DNA of 64,000 bases from an uncultured delta proteobacterium (GCA_963816145.1 CAWFJP010000013.1:96001-160000); one strand, 5' to 3'; counted from the stretch's first letter, positions 40,133 through 49,575 are shown. Translations and numbers: made by a program. Notes: generated by a model from the sequence alone, not told the origin.

Positions 40133-40894
40133 CTACGTAACCTTCGTGGGCCGATAAAACTCAATAGCGTTCTTGTAGAAAACATTGGCTGCCTTATCTT
40201 CTCCCAATGTTTCTAAGACCAGCGTGTAGTCGCTATCGAGATAGGGCCTGGGCGCGCGGGTGGATGGCAGGTCGGTGCCGAACATGAGAGCTTTCGGATT
40301 GGCGGCGTAGAGTTCCTTGAGCGCTGAGCCGACGTCGAAGTCGACCCGTCCGAAGCCGGTGGCTTTGACGCGCACGCCCCTCTCCGCGAGTTTGAGCAGC
40401 GTTGGGAACCCGGCTTTGGAAAGACCGATATGGTCGATGCTGACCGCGGGCAGTGAAACGAGGGTGTCGAACAGACCGGCCGCGTCGGTGGAATCGATGT
40501 ATAACTCGGTGTGCCAGCCGACCAGTTTATGAACCCGCCGCGCGAAGCTTTCCAGATGCTTGACGTCTTCGGACCCGCCGCGCTTGACGTTGAATCGGAC
40601 GGCGCGCACGCCGGCGTCGTTGAGTTTCTGCAACTCCCGATCCGATATGGTCTGCGGCACTTGGGTGACGCCGACAAAGGTCGGGCCGAGCACTTTCAAG
40701 GCATGAAACAGATAGGATTGATCCAACTCCTGGAAAGAGCCGGACACCACCGCGCCGCCGCACAGATCGATCGCTTTGACCCGCTCTAGATAATCCTCGC
40801 TGGTAAAGGCGTCGGGCATGAATCCGTGGTTGGGCACCACCGGGAAGTTCTTGTCGATGATATGAAAATGGCAATCGAAATACTTTTGCTTCAA
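40133..40894 (-). CDS. Amidohydrolase_2 family protein (2-pyrone-4,6-dicarboxylate lactonase-like)
   Basis: TTG start after GAGGAG; DCHFH, GVRAVRFN, IDHIG, FGTDLP. Confidence 0.88.
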   Translation of the reverse strand: MKQKYFDCHFHIIDKNFPVVPNHGFMPDAFTSEDYLERVKAIDLCGGAVVSGSFQELDQSYLFHALKVLGPTFVGVTQVPQTISDRELQKLNDAGVRAVRFNVKRGGSEDVKHLESFARRVHKLVGWHTELYIDSTDAAGLFDTLVSLPAVSIDHIGLSKAGFPTLLKLAERGVRVKATGFGRVDFDVGSALKELYAANPKALMFGTDLPSTRAPRPYLDSDYTLVLETLGEDKAANVFYKNAIEFYRPTKVT

Positions 40895-41069
40895 CGAAAT
40901 TCTCCTCTCAAGTGTCTTGAATCGATTATCGCAATCACGCGGGGCGATCAAGTGACGTACGGCCGCAGCCTTGTCGTCCGTCGATCAGGCCCCAGTGAGC
41001 AAATTCTTAATCATCCCGTGCGCAGCTTACGCAGCGTGCTCGAAATTCAGACGCGGCTTGAGCGTTTGG

Positions 41070-41342
41070 CTAAAAGGACTGAAATAGCTCGATCGAATTG
41101 CCGGACGGATCCTCGATGAGGATTTGCTTGCCACCGTTGCCGGTAACGATATTATTGCGAAAGTTCCCTCCTGAATTCTTCAGCTTATTGACCGTCGCTT
41201 CAATATCCTTGACTTCGATCTGGATTCGGTTCCAGCCGCCCGGCGCCGGAGACTGACCGTCGCCCATCGCTTGTCCAGCGCCGCCGGCGCCGGGTCGATT
41301 AAGCAGCAGCTGTAAATCGCCACGCGACAAGTTTTTGGCCAT
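41070..41342 (-). pseudogene. 5'-truncated VOC/glyoxalase family gene
   Basis: LSRGDLQLLL...PGGWNRIQIEV.D...GGKQILIEDPSGN.IELF. The usual N-terminal strand-helix appears missing and abuts a repeat. Confidence 0.65.
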
Positions 41343-41377
41343 GGGTAAAGATTAGAGACCTCGTGAACAATTTCGAA

Positions 41378-41463
41378 TGTTCAAATTGTTCAATCGCTTC
41401 GCTCCGTTCAAGCCGTTTAAGTCCAGCGGTTTCTAATCGTTCATACCATTCAAGTCTTTCAAT
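41378..41463. repeat. GTTCAA-type short tandem intergenic repeat
   Basis: GTTCAA / CGTTCAAGCCGTT units; shares CTTCGCTCCGTTCAAGCCGTTT with 42551-42665. Confidence 0.65.
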
Positions 41464-41593
41464 TCGACCAGCGAAGCGATCCGGCTCTTCGGGTCGGCCC
41501 CAGCTTGGAAAAAGGAAAGGAGCACCTACAATTTATGGTCTTGACCAACACCGACGATAGGGAGCAGTCTAGGTGTAAATAATGGAGGTCGAT

Positions 41594-42538
41594 ATGAAAC
41601 GGATCAGCGTGCATGGAATCTTCGTCCTCGCTTTCTGGTGGATTGGCGTGCAACCCGCGGCGGCTCAGTCCACGACTCTACACGTCGGCTTCAACGGTTT
41701 TTACGGTGCAGCGCCCCTTTACGTCGCTCAAGACGCCGGCATCTTCCGCAAACACGGATTCACGCTCGAAATGGTTTTTATCGCGGGCGGTTCGCTTTCC
41801 ACGCAGGCGTTGATCGGAAAGAGTCTCGATCTCCTCCAGACCGGCGGCCCGCCTTTTCTGAACGCCTACCTAAGGGGGGCACGGCTCAAGATTATCGCGG
41901 GCGTTACCAATATTCTGCCTTATGTCTTGATAACGGGCAGTCGCATTACCAGCCCAGAGCAGTTGCGTGGCAAAAAGATCGGCATCAGCCGCTTCGGCAG
42001 CAACACCGATTTCGTGGTGCGGCTCGCGCTCGGGCAGCTGGGCTTGAATCCTGCGGACGTGACGGTCCTTCAGGTAGGAGGCTCGCAGTCCCGGTTGGTG
42101 GCGCTCAAAGCCGGAACCATCGACGCGACGGTCCTGAGCCCGGAGGAAGCGCTGGCGGCGCAGAAGGTCGGTTTGAACCCGCTCCTTGACTTCGTCGCCA
42201 AGGGCGTCGAATTCCCTCACGTGTGCATCGTGGCCCGTGAAGAATACCTGCAGGCGCAAGCGCCGCTCGTGAAGCGCTTCATGACCGCTTATGTCGAGGG
42301 GATCCGTTTTTTCAAAACGCGCAAGGAGGAATCGGTGCGTAAAATGATGGTGCTGAGCCGATTAAACGACCGGGAGATCGCGGAGAAAGCGTTTGACGTT
42401 TATAGTCGTTCCCTGCCGGACGATGGCCGACCCACGATGAAGGGGCTCGAATCGGTTCTGGCGGACGTTGCCCGAGACGAGCCGAAAGCCAAAGGTTTGA
42501 ACGTCGCACAAATCGTCGACCTCAGCTTCCTTCCATAA
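41594..42538 (+). CDS. NMT1/TauA/SsuA-like ABC substrate-binding protein
   Basis: Signal peptide; YVAQDAGIFRKHG, LRGKKIGISRFGS. Confidence 0.88.
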   Translation: MKRISVHGIFVLAFWWIGVQPAAAQSTTLHVGFNGFYGAAPLYVAQDAGIFRKHGFTLEMVFIAGGSLSTQALIGKSLDLLQTGGPPFLNAYLRGARLKIIAGVTNILPYVLITGSRITSPEQLRGKKIGISRFGSNTDFVVRLALGQLGLNPADVTVLQVGGSQSRLVALKAGTIDATVLSPEEALAAQKVGLNPLLDFVAKGVEFPHVCIVAREEYLQAQAPLVKRFMTAYVEGIRFFKTRKEESVRKMMVLSRLNDREIAEKAFDVYSRSLPDDGRPTMKGLESVLADVARDEPKAKGLNVAQIVDLSFLP

Positions 42539-42550
42539 AATAGCGGCGAA

Positions 42551-42665
42551 TGTTCAAATCGTTTATAGCCTGCCCTGAGTTGATCGAAGGATTCAACCAC
42601 TTCGCTCCGTTCAAGCCGTTTGAGTCCAGTGCGTTCCAATCGTTCAAACAGTTCAAGTCGTTCAA
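42551..42665. repeat. GTTCAA-type short tandem intergenic repeat
   Basis: Multiple GTTCAA units plus an embedded GCCTGCCCTGAG...CGAAGG module. Confidence 0.65.
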
Positions 42666-42684
42666 TGGCTGGCCTCCGATAGGA

Positions 42685-43443
42685 TCACCCCGCGCGCATC
42701 TTGAGCAGTATCGGAATATCTGTGGTCCCCTGATACAGACGGAGTTCTTTTTCTTTGCTCTGCGCGGCGAGCATGGCCATGCGGTCGGCGAGTTCGTTGC
42801 CTTCGGTGCCGACATGGGCGGCGACATGGGTAAGGTTGAGCTGTTTCTTGATGCGTAAAAAGATCGCGTAGCAGTCCTGGATAATTTCCAAATTCTTGAT
42901 CTCGCCGCCGGGTTTCTTCCAGCCTCTTTTTTCCCAACCCGGCGCCCAACTGCGAATGCAGTTGATCGAGTACGCCGAGTCGCTGCAAATCTCGACGCTG
43001 TTGCCGATGTTGATTTCCGCTTCGGCCATGCGCAAGGCGTGGTAGAGCGCGTTCAGCTCGGCGGTGTTGTTGGTGCCCATCGGGTGGTATAGGCCAAACC
43101 ACAATTGCGCGAGCTTGCCGGCGCGATAGACGACGATGCCGGAACCGGCATTACCCGGGTTGGGTTCGCAGGCACCGTCGCAATAAATGCTAATGTCGAA
43201 CTGGTGCGCGGTATGCGCGGCCCGATGAGTGCTGTTCCGCGTGCCGGCTTTGGTAACGCCTGCGGTTTTCGACGGATTCGTTGCGCTGGCGCCGCAACCG
43301 AAGGCCTGCTCGGCTTCCGCCCGGGTCGCGAAGGACTTGAAGCGTGCCCCGGCAAACTTGTCGACCGCCCGCTGAGCGGTTGGCCAATCGGTGAAAACAC
43401 CGGTCTGCCGTCCTGACCATACCACGTAGAATTTTTGCGCCAT
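42685..43443 (-). CDS. rnhA: Ribonuclease HI with N-terminal hybrid-binding (viroplasmin) domain
   Basis: FYVVWSGRQTGVFTDW domain; DGAC.PNPG, TNNTAEL, DS.Y, GNELAD catalytic motifs. Confidence 0.92.
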   Translation of the reverse strand: MAQKFYVVWSGRQTGVFTDWPTAQRAVDKFAGARFKSFATRAEAEQAFGCGASATNPSKTAGVTKAGTRNSTHRAAHTAHQFDISIYCDGACEPNPGNAGSGIVVYRAGKLAQLWFGLYHPMGTNNTAELNALYHALRMAEAEINIGNSVEICSDSAYSINCIRSWAPGWEKRGWKKPGGEIKNLEIIQDCYAIFLRIKKQLNLTHVAAHVGTEGNELADRMAMLAAQSKEKELRLYQGTTDIPILLKMRAG

Positions 43444-43652
43444 GCTGCGTCGATCCGTTTATCTTAGAAATGAGTTCTTCAGGCTTTGGTTTGAATGGTC
43501 TAGCACAGTCGGTTTGATTTTTTCACCACGAAGCACCCAACACGGCAGAGCCGCAACAGATTTAGCAAGAAAATGTCCACCACGAAGTGTCCGTGAGCTT
43601 ACGCCCGTCTACAGAGTATGAAATTCCAGCCCCCCCTGCACGCCCGCCGAGT

Positions 43653-43722
43653 CGTCATCCCGGCGAAGGCCGGCATCCTGGCGACAGAGGGGGGATGGAT
43701 ACCGGCTTTCGCCGGTATGACG
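43653..43722. repeat. REP-like doublet palindrome
   Basis: CGTCATCCCGGCGAAGGCCGGCATCC ... GGATACCGGCTTTCGCCGGTATGACG. Confidence 0.75.
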
Positions 43723-43901
43723 GAAGTCCCATGCCAATTCGTCGCCCAGATCGTGCTTGGCATGTACATTCTAAGAAGGACACGAAGAGCACGAAGTTCG
43801 GAGTCTAGATTATTCGAACCCTTCGTTTCCAACGTGGAGAGAACACCTTCAAAGTAAACCCGCAAGCATCTAATAGCGTCAGATTTTGGTTCTAGCAATT
43901 C

Positions 43902-43918
43902 CGCGTCGCCCGGACGCG
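43902..43918 (-). promoter_or_regulatory. Candidate SECIS element in the selO 3' UTR
   Basis: mRNA CGCGUC-CGGGC-GACGCG, 12 nt after the first UGA and 3 nt after the second UGA; no U-tract. Confidence 0.75.
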
Positions 43919-43921
43919 TGA

Positions 43922-45418
43922 TCAGGTGCCTCAAAAAGTTTGGTAGCGCGCTCCTCCTTCGGTCGCTGGTTCGGCAAAGGCGGCAAACTCTGGCTGATCG
44001 TCGAAAGGATGCTCCAGGATATGCAGCAGTGTTTCGAAAGGCGCGTAATCGCCGCGTTCGACGGCGGCGCTCAAGGCTTCCTCGACGCGCTGATTGCGCG
44101 GAATAAACGCGGGATTAACCCGGCGCATCGCCTGCGCCCGCGCCATGGGGTCCGCCGCCTCGCGCGCCAGGCGCGCCCGCCAGCGGCTGCGCCAGAGATC
44201 ATACGCCGACGGATCGGCAAACAGGGCGCGAATCAATTCGTCGTTGCCTAATGCTGCATCGGCGAGGTAACGGAACGCCAACGTGTAGTCGACGTGCCTG
44301 CCTTCCATGGCGCTGAGAAAGCCGGTGGCGAGGTTGATATCGGCCTCATCCGCGCCGGTCAGTCCCAGCTTGGCGCGCATGCCGGTCAGCCAGTGGCGCT
44401 GGTATTGGTCCGGAAAGGCATGAATCACATCGGTGGCGCGGGCGATGGCACGATTATTATCCTCATCGATCAGCGGTAGCAGCGTCTCGGCGAGCCGCGC
44501 CAGGTTCCACTGCGCGATGCTGGGCTGATTGGCGTAGGCGTAGCGGCCTCGCGTGTCGATGGAGCTGAAGACCGTTGCCGGATCGTAATGATCCATGAAG
44601 GCGCATGGGCCGTAGTCGATGGTCTCGCCTGAGATCGCCATATTGTCGGTGTTCATCACGCCATGGATGAAGCCGACATGCATCCAGCTGGCGACGAGAG
44701 CCGCTTGGCGGTCGCACACGCGCTCAAGCAATTCCAAGTAGGGGGCCGTGCGGCGTTTCAATTCCGGGTAGTGGCGCTCGATCACGTAATCGGCCAAACG
44801 GCGCACCTTGTCTTGTTCGCCGCGGGCGGCGAATAGTTGAAATGTGCCGACACGGATGTGGCTCGCGGCGATGCGCGTCAAAACCGCGCCCGGTAGCGCG
44901 GTCTCTCGATAGACCGGCTCGCCGGTGACTACTGCAGCGAGCGCCCGAGTCGTCGGGATACCCAGCGCGTGCATCGCTTCACCGATCAAATATTCCCGCA
45001 ATACCGGCCCGAGCGCCGCCCGACCGTCGCCCCTGCGCGAAAAAGGCGTGGGCCCTGAACCTTTGAGCTGAATGTCGCGACGCCGTCCGTTGCGGTCGAT
45101 TACCTCCCCCAGGAGCAGCGCGCGGCCGTCGCCCAGTTGCGGCGAGAAGCCGCCGAACTGATGGCCGGCGTAGGCTTGCGCTAGCGGCAGCGCTCCTCCG
45201 GGCGTCTCGTTGCCGGCAAAAATCCTGGCGCCTTCATCGGAATCGAGGGCCGCGGCGTCGAGCCCCAATTCATCGGCCAACTGAGGGTTGAATTTGACCA
45301 TCCTCGGCTGCGCCACTTGCGCTGCCTTCCACGGCACGTAGAGACCCTCGAGTGCGCGCGCGTAGGTGTTGTCGAAGACAAAGCGTGCGGCGCTGGTTTG
45401 GTTAGGGACTTGCGTCAT
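43922..45418 (-). CDS. selO: Protein adenylyltransferase SelO/YdiU with probable Sec496 (YQTF-U-GT-stop)
   Basis: YAGHQFG, LGDGRA, QLKGSG.TPFSR.GDGRA, GFIHGVMNTDN, IDYGP motifs. The 3' end reads TAC CAA ACT TTT TGA GGC ACC TGA, matching the family tail YxTFCGT. Confidence 0.9.
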
Positions 45419-45604
45419 TGGCTTATTCCTTGGTCAGAGGGATCAGCGTCTCCTCGGCTCTCATTGTTCGCGAAATCAATAGAAATATCTAGAGCCGTTC
45501 GGAAGCACGGGCCGATTCCTCAGCATGACGCGCCCCTGGCGGCCAGTAAACTCGGCCACTTGGAATTTTTGACTTTGATGACGCCGCTCTGGTGATCGAA
45601 CGGT

Positions 45605-46585
45605 TTATGGCTTCCAACCAGCTTGGGTCAACTCGCTGTCGGCTTTCTTGGCAAAACTGAAATCGTAGGCGCGCTCGATGGCCACTTCCTTGGCGCCTTT
45701 GAGGACCTCGCGAACGATGTCGAGATCGTTTTTCTGGGTTTCTTCGTCGACCACGCCATTGGCGGTGAATGTACCGATCATGCCGTCGTAGGTGCGCGCG
45801 GCGAGATCTCTGTCCAACTCGGAGAATTTCATCATCGCCTCCATGGCGACCTCGCGGTTCTGCTTGACCAGGCGCAGGGCTTTGAGCAGGGCACGCGTGA
45901 ATCCTTGCATCAACTTGGGCTTGGTTTTGATGAATTGATCGTTGGTTGCGATGGTGCCCCAGGAATTTTTCACTTCTTTGCCGAGATACAGGATCTCTTT
46001 CATGCCTTGATCGAGGGCGGCAAAGCGTTCCTCCGAACTCAATAGCCCGGCATCCACGACTCCCGACTGAAGCGCCGCGAGGCGCTGCCCCGGCGGCAGG
46101 GCGAGAAAGGTCAAATCCTTGTTGGCGTCGAGGCCGTACTTTGCCGCAACCTTTTTCAACATAAACGTCGCCACCGCGGCGACGCCGGTTACGGCGATCT
46201 TCTTATTCTTCAGGTCTTTGAAAGCGCTGTACTGGGGCCGAACCATCAGCCATTGGAGCACCTGATCGGTGATGGCCAAGACGGTTTTTAGTGGCGCGTT
46301 GCCTTGAGTGACGGCGACCAGGGCGCTGCTGCCGGAACCGGTGAAATCCATTTCTCCGGCGAGCACCGCCTGAAGGCCGGGGGTGGAGGCCATGATGACG
46401 GTGTTGAGGTCGATCCCTTCCTCTTTCATGTAACCCCGCTCCTTGGCGAGCGGAAAGATAATGAATTGAAACGATTTCGACGGCAGGGTGACGTTGATTC
46501 TATCGAGGGCAAACACCGATTTGCCGGGCAGCAACAACATGCCGATCAGCAGCGGCGCGATCATCGACAGAGTGATTTTTTTCAT
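45605..46585 (-). CDS. NMT1/TauA-like ABC substrate-binding protein
   Basis: Signal peptide; AKERGYMKEEGID, DLKNKKIAV. Confidence 0.85.
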   Translation of the reverse strand: MKKITLSMIAPLLIGMLLLPGKSVFALDRINVTLPSKSFQFIIFPLAKERGYMKEEGIDLNTVIMASTPGLQAVLAGEMDFTGSGSSALVAVTQGNAPLKTVLAITDQVLQWLMVRPQYSAFKDLKNKKIAVTGVAAVATFMLKKVAAKYGLDANKDLTFLALPPGQRLAALQSGVVDAGLLSSEERFAALDQGMKEILYLGKEVKNSWGTIATNDQFIKTKPKLMQGFTRALLKALRLVKQNREVAMEAMMKFSELDRDLAARTYDGMIGTFTANGVVDEETQKNDLDIVREVLKGAKEVAIERAYDFSFAKKADSELTQAGWKP

Positions 46586-46782
46586 CGTTCAGTCCCTCCT
46601 GAAAATAGGCTACCGAGCAGGCACCGAAAACGTTTGACGCCCACATTATAAAAGCCAATTCTCTATGTCGAGGGGGAATTTTGCCGTTGAAAGGGGATGG
46701 GCTCGATCTGTTCCGGATTTCTCAGCGATCCAGCGTTTGCGCTGGTTCTATCAGTTCCGGATGTTGTTTGAAGCGCTCGCTT

Positions 46783-47802
46783 CTAAACGGCGTCGGCGAG
46801 CCGGTAGAGCAAGGCTTTGGTTTCCTCGAATCCGAGGCAGGCATCGGTAATGCTCTGACCGTATGTGACGGGGGAGTTCTGACGGCCGGCGACCAGGTGG
46901 CTCTCGATCATCAGCGCTCGAACCGGCGAAGTTCTCAGGTTCTTCATGATCGCGTCGGCCACATCGATCTGTCGGGCGGCGTCCTTGCCGCTGTTACCGT
47001 GGCTGCAGTCAACCATCACGATTTCGGCAAGATGCGCCGCGCGAAGCAGTCGCACTGCAGCTTCGATAGAAACCACATCGAAGTTCGGTCCGGTCTCGCT
47101 GCCGCCGCGAAGCACGAGATGCGCGTATGGATTGCCGGTGGTTTCCAGGATGGCAGGGGCGCCTTCCTTGGTGAGGGAGGGGAACAGGTGGCGGCTCCGG
47201 GCGGCCTGAATTGCGTCTACGGCCACCTGGACGTTACCGTCGGTGCGGTTCTTGATACCGACTGGCATCGACAAACCCGACGCCAGCTCTCGATGGATTT
47301 GGCTCTCAGCGGTGCGTGCGCCGATGGCGCCCCAGCTGATCAGATCGGTGTAGAACTGGCCGAAGGTGGTGTCGAGAAACTCGGTGCCGGCGGCGACGCC
47401 CAGCTCGAGAATATCGGCGAGCAACTGGCGTGCGAGCCGGAGGCCCTTGTTGATGTGATACGATTCATCTAAATCCGGATCGTTGATGAGCCCTTTCCAG
47501 CCGACGACCGTGCGCGGCTTTTCGAAGTAGACGCGCATGACAATCAGCAGCGCATCGGCGAGCGCGTCCGCAATCGGGCTGAGTTTACTCGCGTATTCGA
47601 GCGCGGCCCTGGTGTCGTGGATGGAACAAGGCCCGACGATCACTAGGAGCCGCGCATCCTTGCCGTCCAGAATCGCCTCGATGGCGCGGCGCGACTCGTA
47701 GACTTTTCCTGATGCAGCCTCGGTAAGTGGGATCTCCTCGGCAAGTATCGCCGGTGCGAGCAGGGGATGGGTTTTAACGATGCGTAGATCGTCGGTTTTC
47801 AT
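46783..47802 (-). CDS. aroG: 3-deoxy-7-phosphoheptulonate (DAHP) synthase, class I alpha
   Basis: Start MKTDDLRI; GPCSIHD, MRVYFEKPRT, IGART.ESQ.HRELASG, DCSHGNS, YGQSITDAC. The isozyme (aroF/G/H) is not resolvable from sequence. Confidence 0.93.
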   Translation of the reverse strand: MKTDDLRIVKTHPLLAPAILAEEIPLTEAASGKVYESRRAIEAILDGKDARLLVIVGPCSIHDTRAALEYASKLSPIADALADALLIVMRVYFEKPRTVVGWKGLINDPDLDESYHINKGLRLARQLLADILELGVAAGTEFLDTTFGQFYTDLISWGAIGARTAESQIHRELASGLSMPVGIKNRTDGNVQVAVDAIQAARSRHLFPSLTKEGAPAILETTGNPYAHLVLRGGSETGPNFDVVSIEAAVRLLRAAHLAEIVMVDCSHGNSGKDAARQIDVADAIMKNLRTSPVRALMIESHLVAGRQNSPVTYGQSITDACLGFEETKALLYRLADAV

Positions 47803-48007
47803 AGTCCGGGTTGCGTCAGCGGATACCCTAGAATTCTGCTGACCGCCGAGCGTCGCCGCCGTTCCAAAAACACAGTGGAATCGCCGGCGGAGCAAGGTGA
47901 ATCCGATTCGGCATTTCAATAGAGGGTAGTCGATTACGAGAAATTCTGTCAATCGAAGACCCAGACCCGTAGGATTGAAATTTGTCCTGAATCCAAAACT
48001 ACAAGAT

Positions 48008-48811
48008 TTATTTCAATCCGCTATTCAGCAACCAGGCCAATCTGAGACCGGCCTGAACGAGCCTGGTTTTTACAATCGAGCGGGCGTTCTCCACGTAATC
48101 GTCGGAGAGCTCGCCTGACGGTCCGGTGGGGTACGCGTGCGACCGGACCAGTGTCAACGATTCATCGGTCCACTGTTTGGGATCGCCGGCTTGCCATTGG
48201 AGACGCTCTTCTTCGGTGCGATTCGCGGTCAGCCGTTTGGCGATTTCCTCCTCATCGCCGGGTTCCAGCTCGACCAGCTCTCGGTCCCAGAAATAGTGCA
48301 GATTGGTCGACTGTTCCCTGTAGGAAATACGAATATCGACTCCGCCGCGATCGGCGGCGCGACCGGCGTGAAGCGGCTGGTGCATGTCGCCGACCAGGTG
48401 TGCGACGAACCGCAGGGCGAATCTCCTCGTCACGACCGGCGCGTTGTTATCAGCGACGACGGCAGAAAACCAGGCGAGAGCTTCGACCATGCAGTTTCGC
48501 TCCGGGCAGTCGCGTGGTCGATCGTAACCGGCGGCGTGCTCGGGAATGCTGACATAATGCAGCGGATCGAAATCGTGTATGGTTCGCCCCTCGTGATCCG
48601 GCCAGACGGAGGCGTCCGCGAGCGTCGTGTTGGCGGGAAGGATTTTTTCAATCTCGGTGCGCGCGGCAGCCGTGAGATACGCCTGAGCGATCAAACCGAC
48701 GACTCGATGGCCTTTGTCGAACCAGGAAAAAGCCGGCGTAACTAGGAGCAGATCGAAGAGCACTAAAGTCGCGAGGAAGGTAGCTGGCAAAGGAGCGAGC
48801 GCGGTCGGCAT
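48008..48811 (-). CDS. S1/P1 nuclease (secreted)
   Basis: W...GH after the signal peptide, W.D, HLVGDMHQPLH, NLH..WD. Confidence 0.92.
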   Translation of the reverse strand: MPTALAPLPATFLATLVLFDLLLVTPAFSWFDKGHRVVGLIAQAYLTAAARTEIEKILPANTTLADASVWPDHEGRTIHDFDPLHYVSIPEHAAGYDRPRDCPERNCMVEALAWFSAVVADNNAPVVTRRFALRFVAHLVGDMHQPLHAGRAADRGGVDIRISYREQSTNLHYFWDRELVELEPGDEEEIAKRLTANRTEEERLQWQAGDPKQWTDESLTLVRSHAYPTGPSGELSDDYVENARSIVKTRLVQAGLRLAWLLNSGLK

Positions 48812-48904
48812 TATGAAATCAGTATTTTTTTATTTTCGATTTTGGATTGAGCCCGACAGATCTTCAATTAAAAATCCGAATCGGGGACAAGGACGGATGC
48901 TTGA

Positions 48905-49312
48905 TTAGGGGTTGGTATACATTGCTCTGCGATCCCGCAGCGCCAGCCAGCCGCGAACGATCCGGTAGATGACCCACACGCCGGCGCCGATGAAAACTCC
49001 GACCGCGAGCGGAATGCCGATCAACGTCACAAACAGAAAGCCACCGAGCAGGCACCAGAGCAGGCCGAACCAAAAGGTCCGAATCTGCCAGCGAAAGTGG
49101 GACTCGAGAAAGCTGCCGCGCGCCTCGCCTCGCTTCAAGTAGTTGATGACCACGGCGATGATCGAGGGCATGCCAAAGACGAAGGCGCCGATGATGGTCG
49201 CGGCGGTGGTTATGCCGATCAGCAGGCTCAGGGCGTGCAGGGCGTAGACCAGGTGTGTGACGGTGACGAGGGAGGGTGCTGGGTCGGCGTTGATTGGAAT
49301 TGGTTCGGCCAT
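48905..49312 (-). CDS. DUF4870-like membrane protein
   Basis: SHFRWQIRTFW and W.IYRIVRGW motifs; hydrophobic segments. Confidence 0.8.
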   Translation of the reverse strand: MAEPIPINADPAPSLVTVTHLVYALHALSLLIGITTAATIIGAFVFGMPSIIAVVINYLKRGEARGSFLESHFRWQIRTFWFGLLWCLLGGFLFVTLIGIPLAVGVFIGAGVWVIYRIVRGWLALRDRRAMYTNP

Positions 49313-49575
49313 GAGCGTTACCTCTCAGCGACTCACATTGTCATCCTGATCGACGATCGTCGCTAAATCAAGCCTATGGGGATTGGCCTTACGGTCTGCT
49401 GTTGTTCGCGTCGCGGAGGAGCTCGACGATGATACAAACGATTGTTGACAGAAGGGCGAGGCAGCATAAACCATGGCGAGTTTGGAATTCGGCAATCAGG
49501 GAATCTCGTGCCGGCTAAAATACCGCTGCTCATCTACGGCTTCAGATTAACCGCTATCTGTTTGTCGTGGGGTTT

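Noticed and set aside
43892-43924. Readthrough of the second selO UGA
   Set aside because: It is only 3 nt from the hairpin, and the family tail ends at GT.
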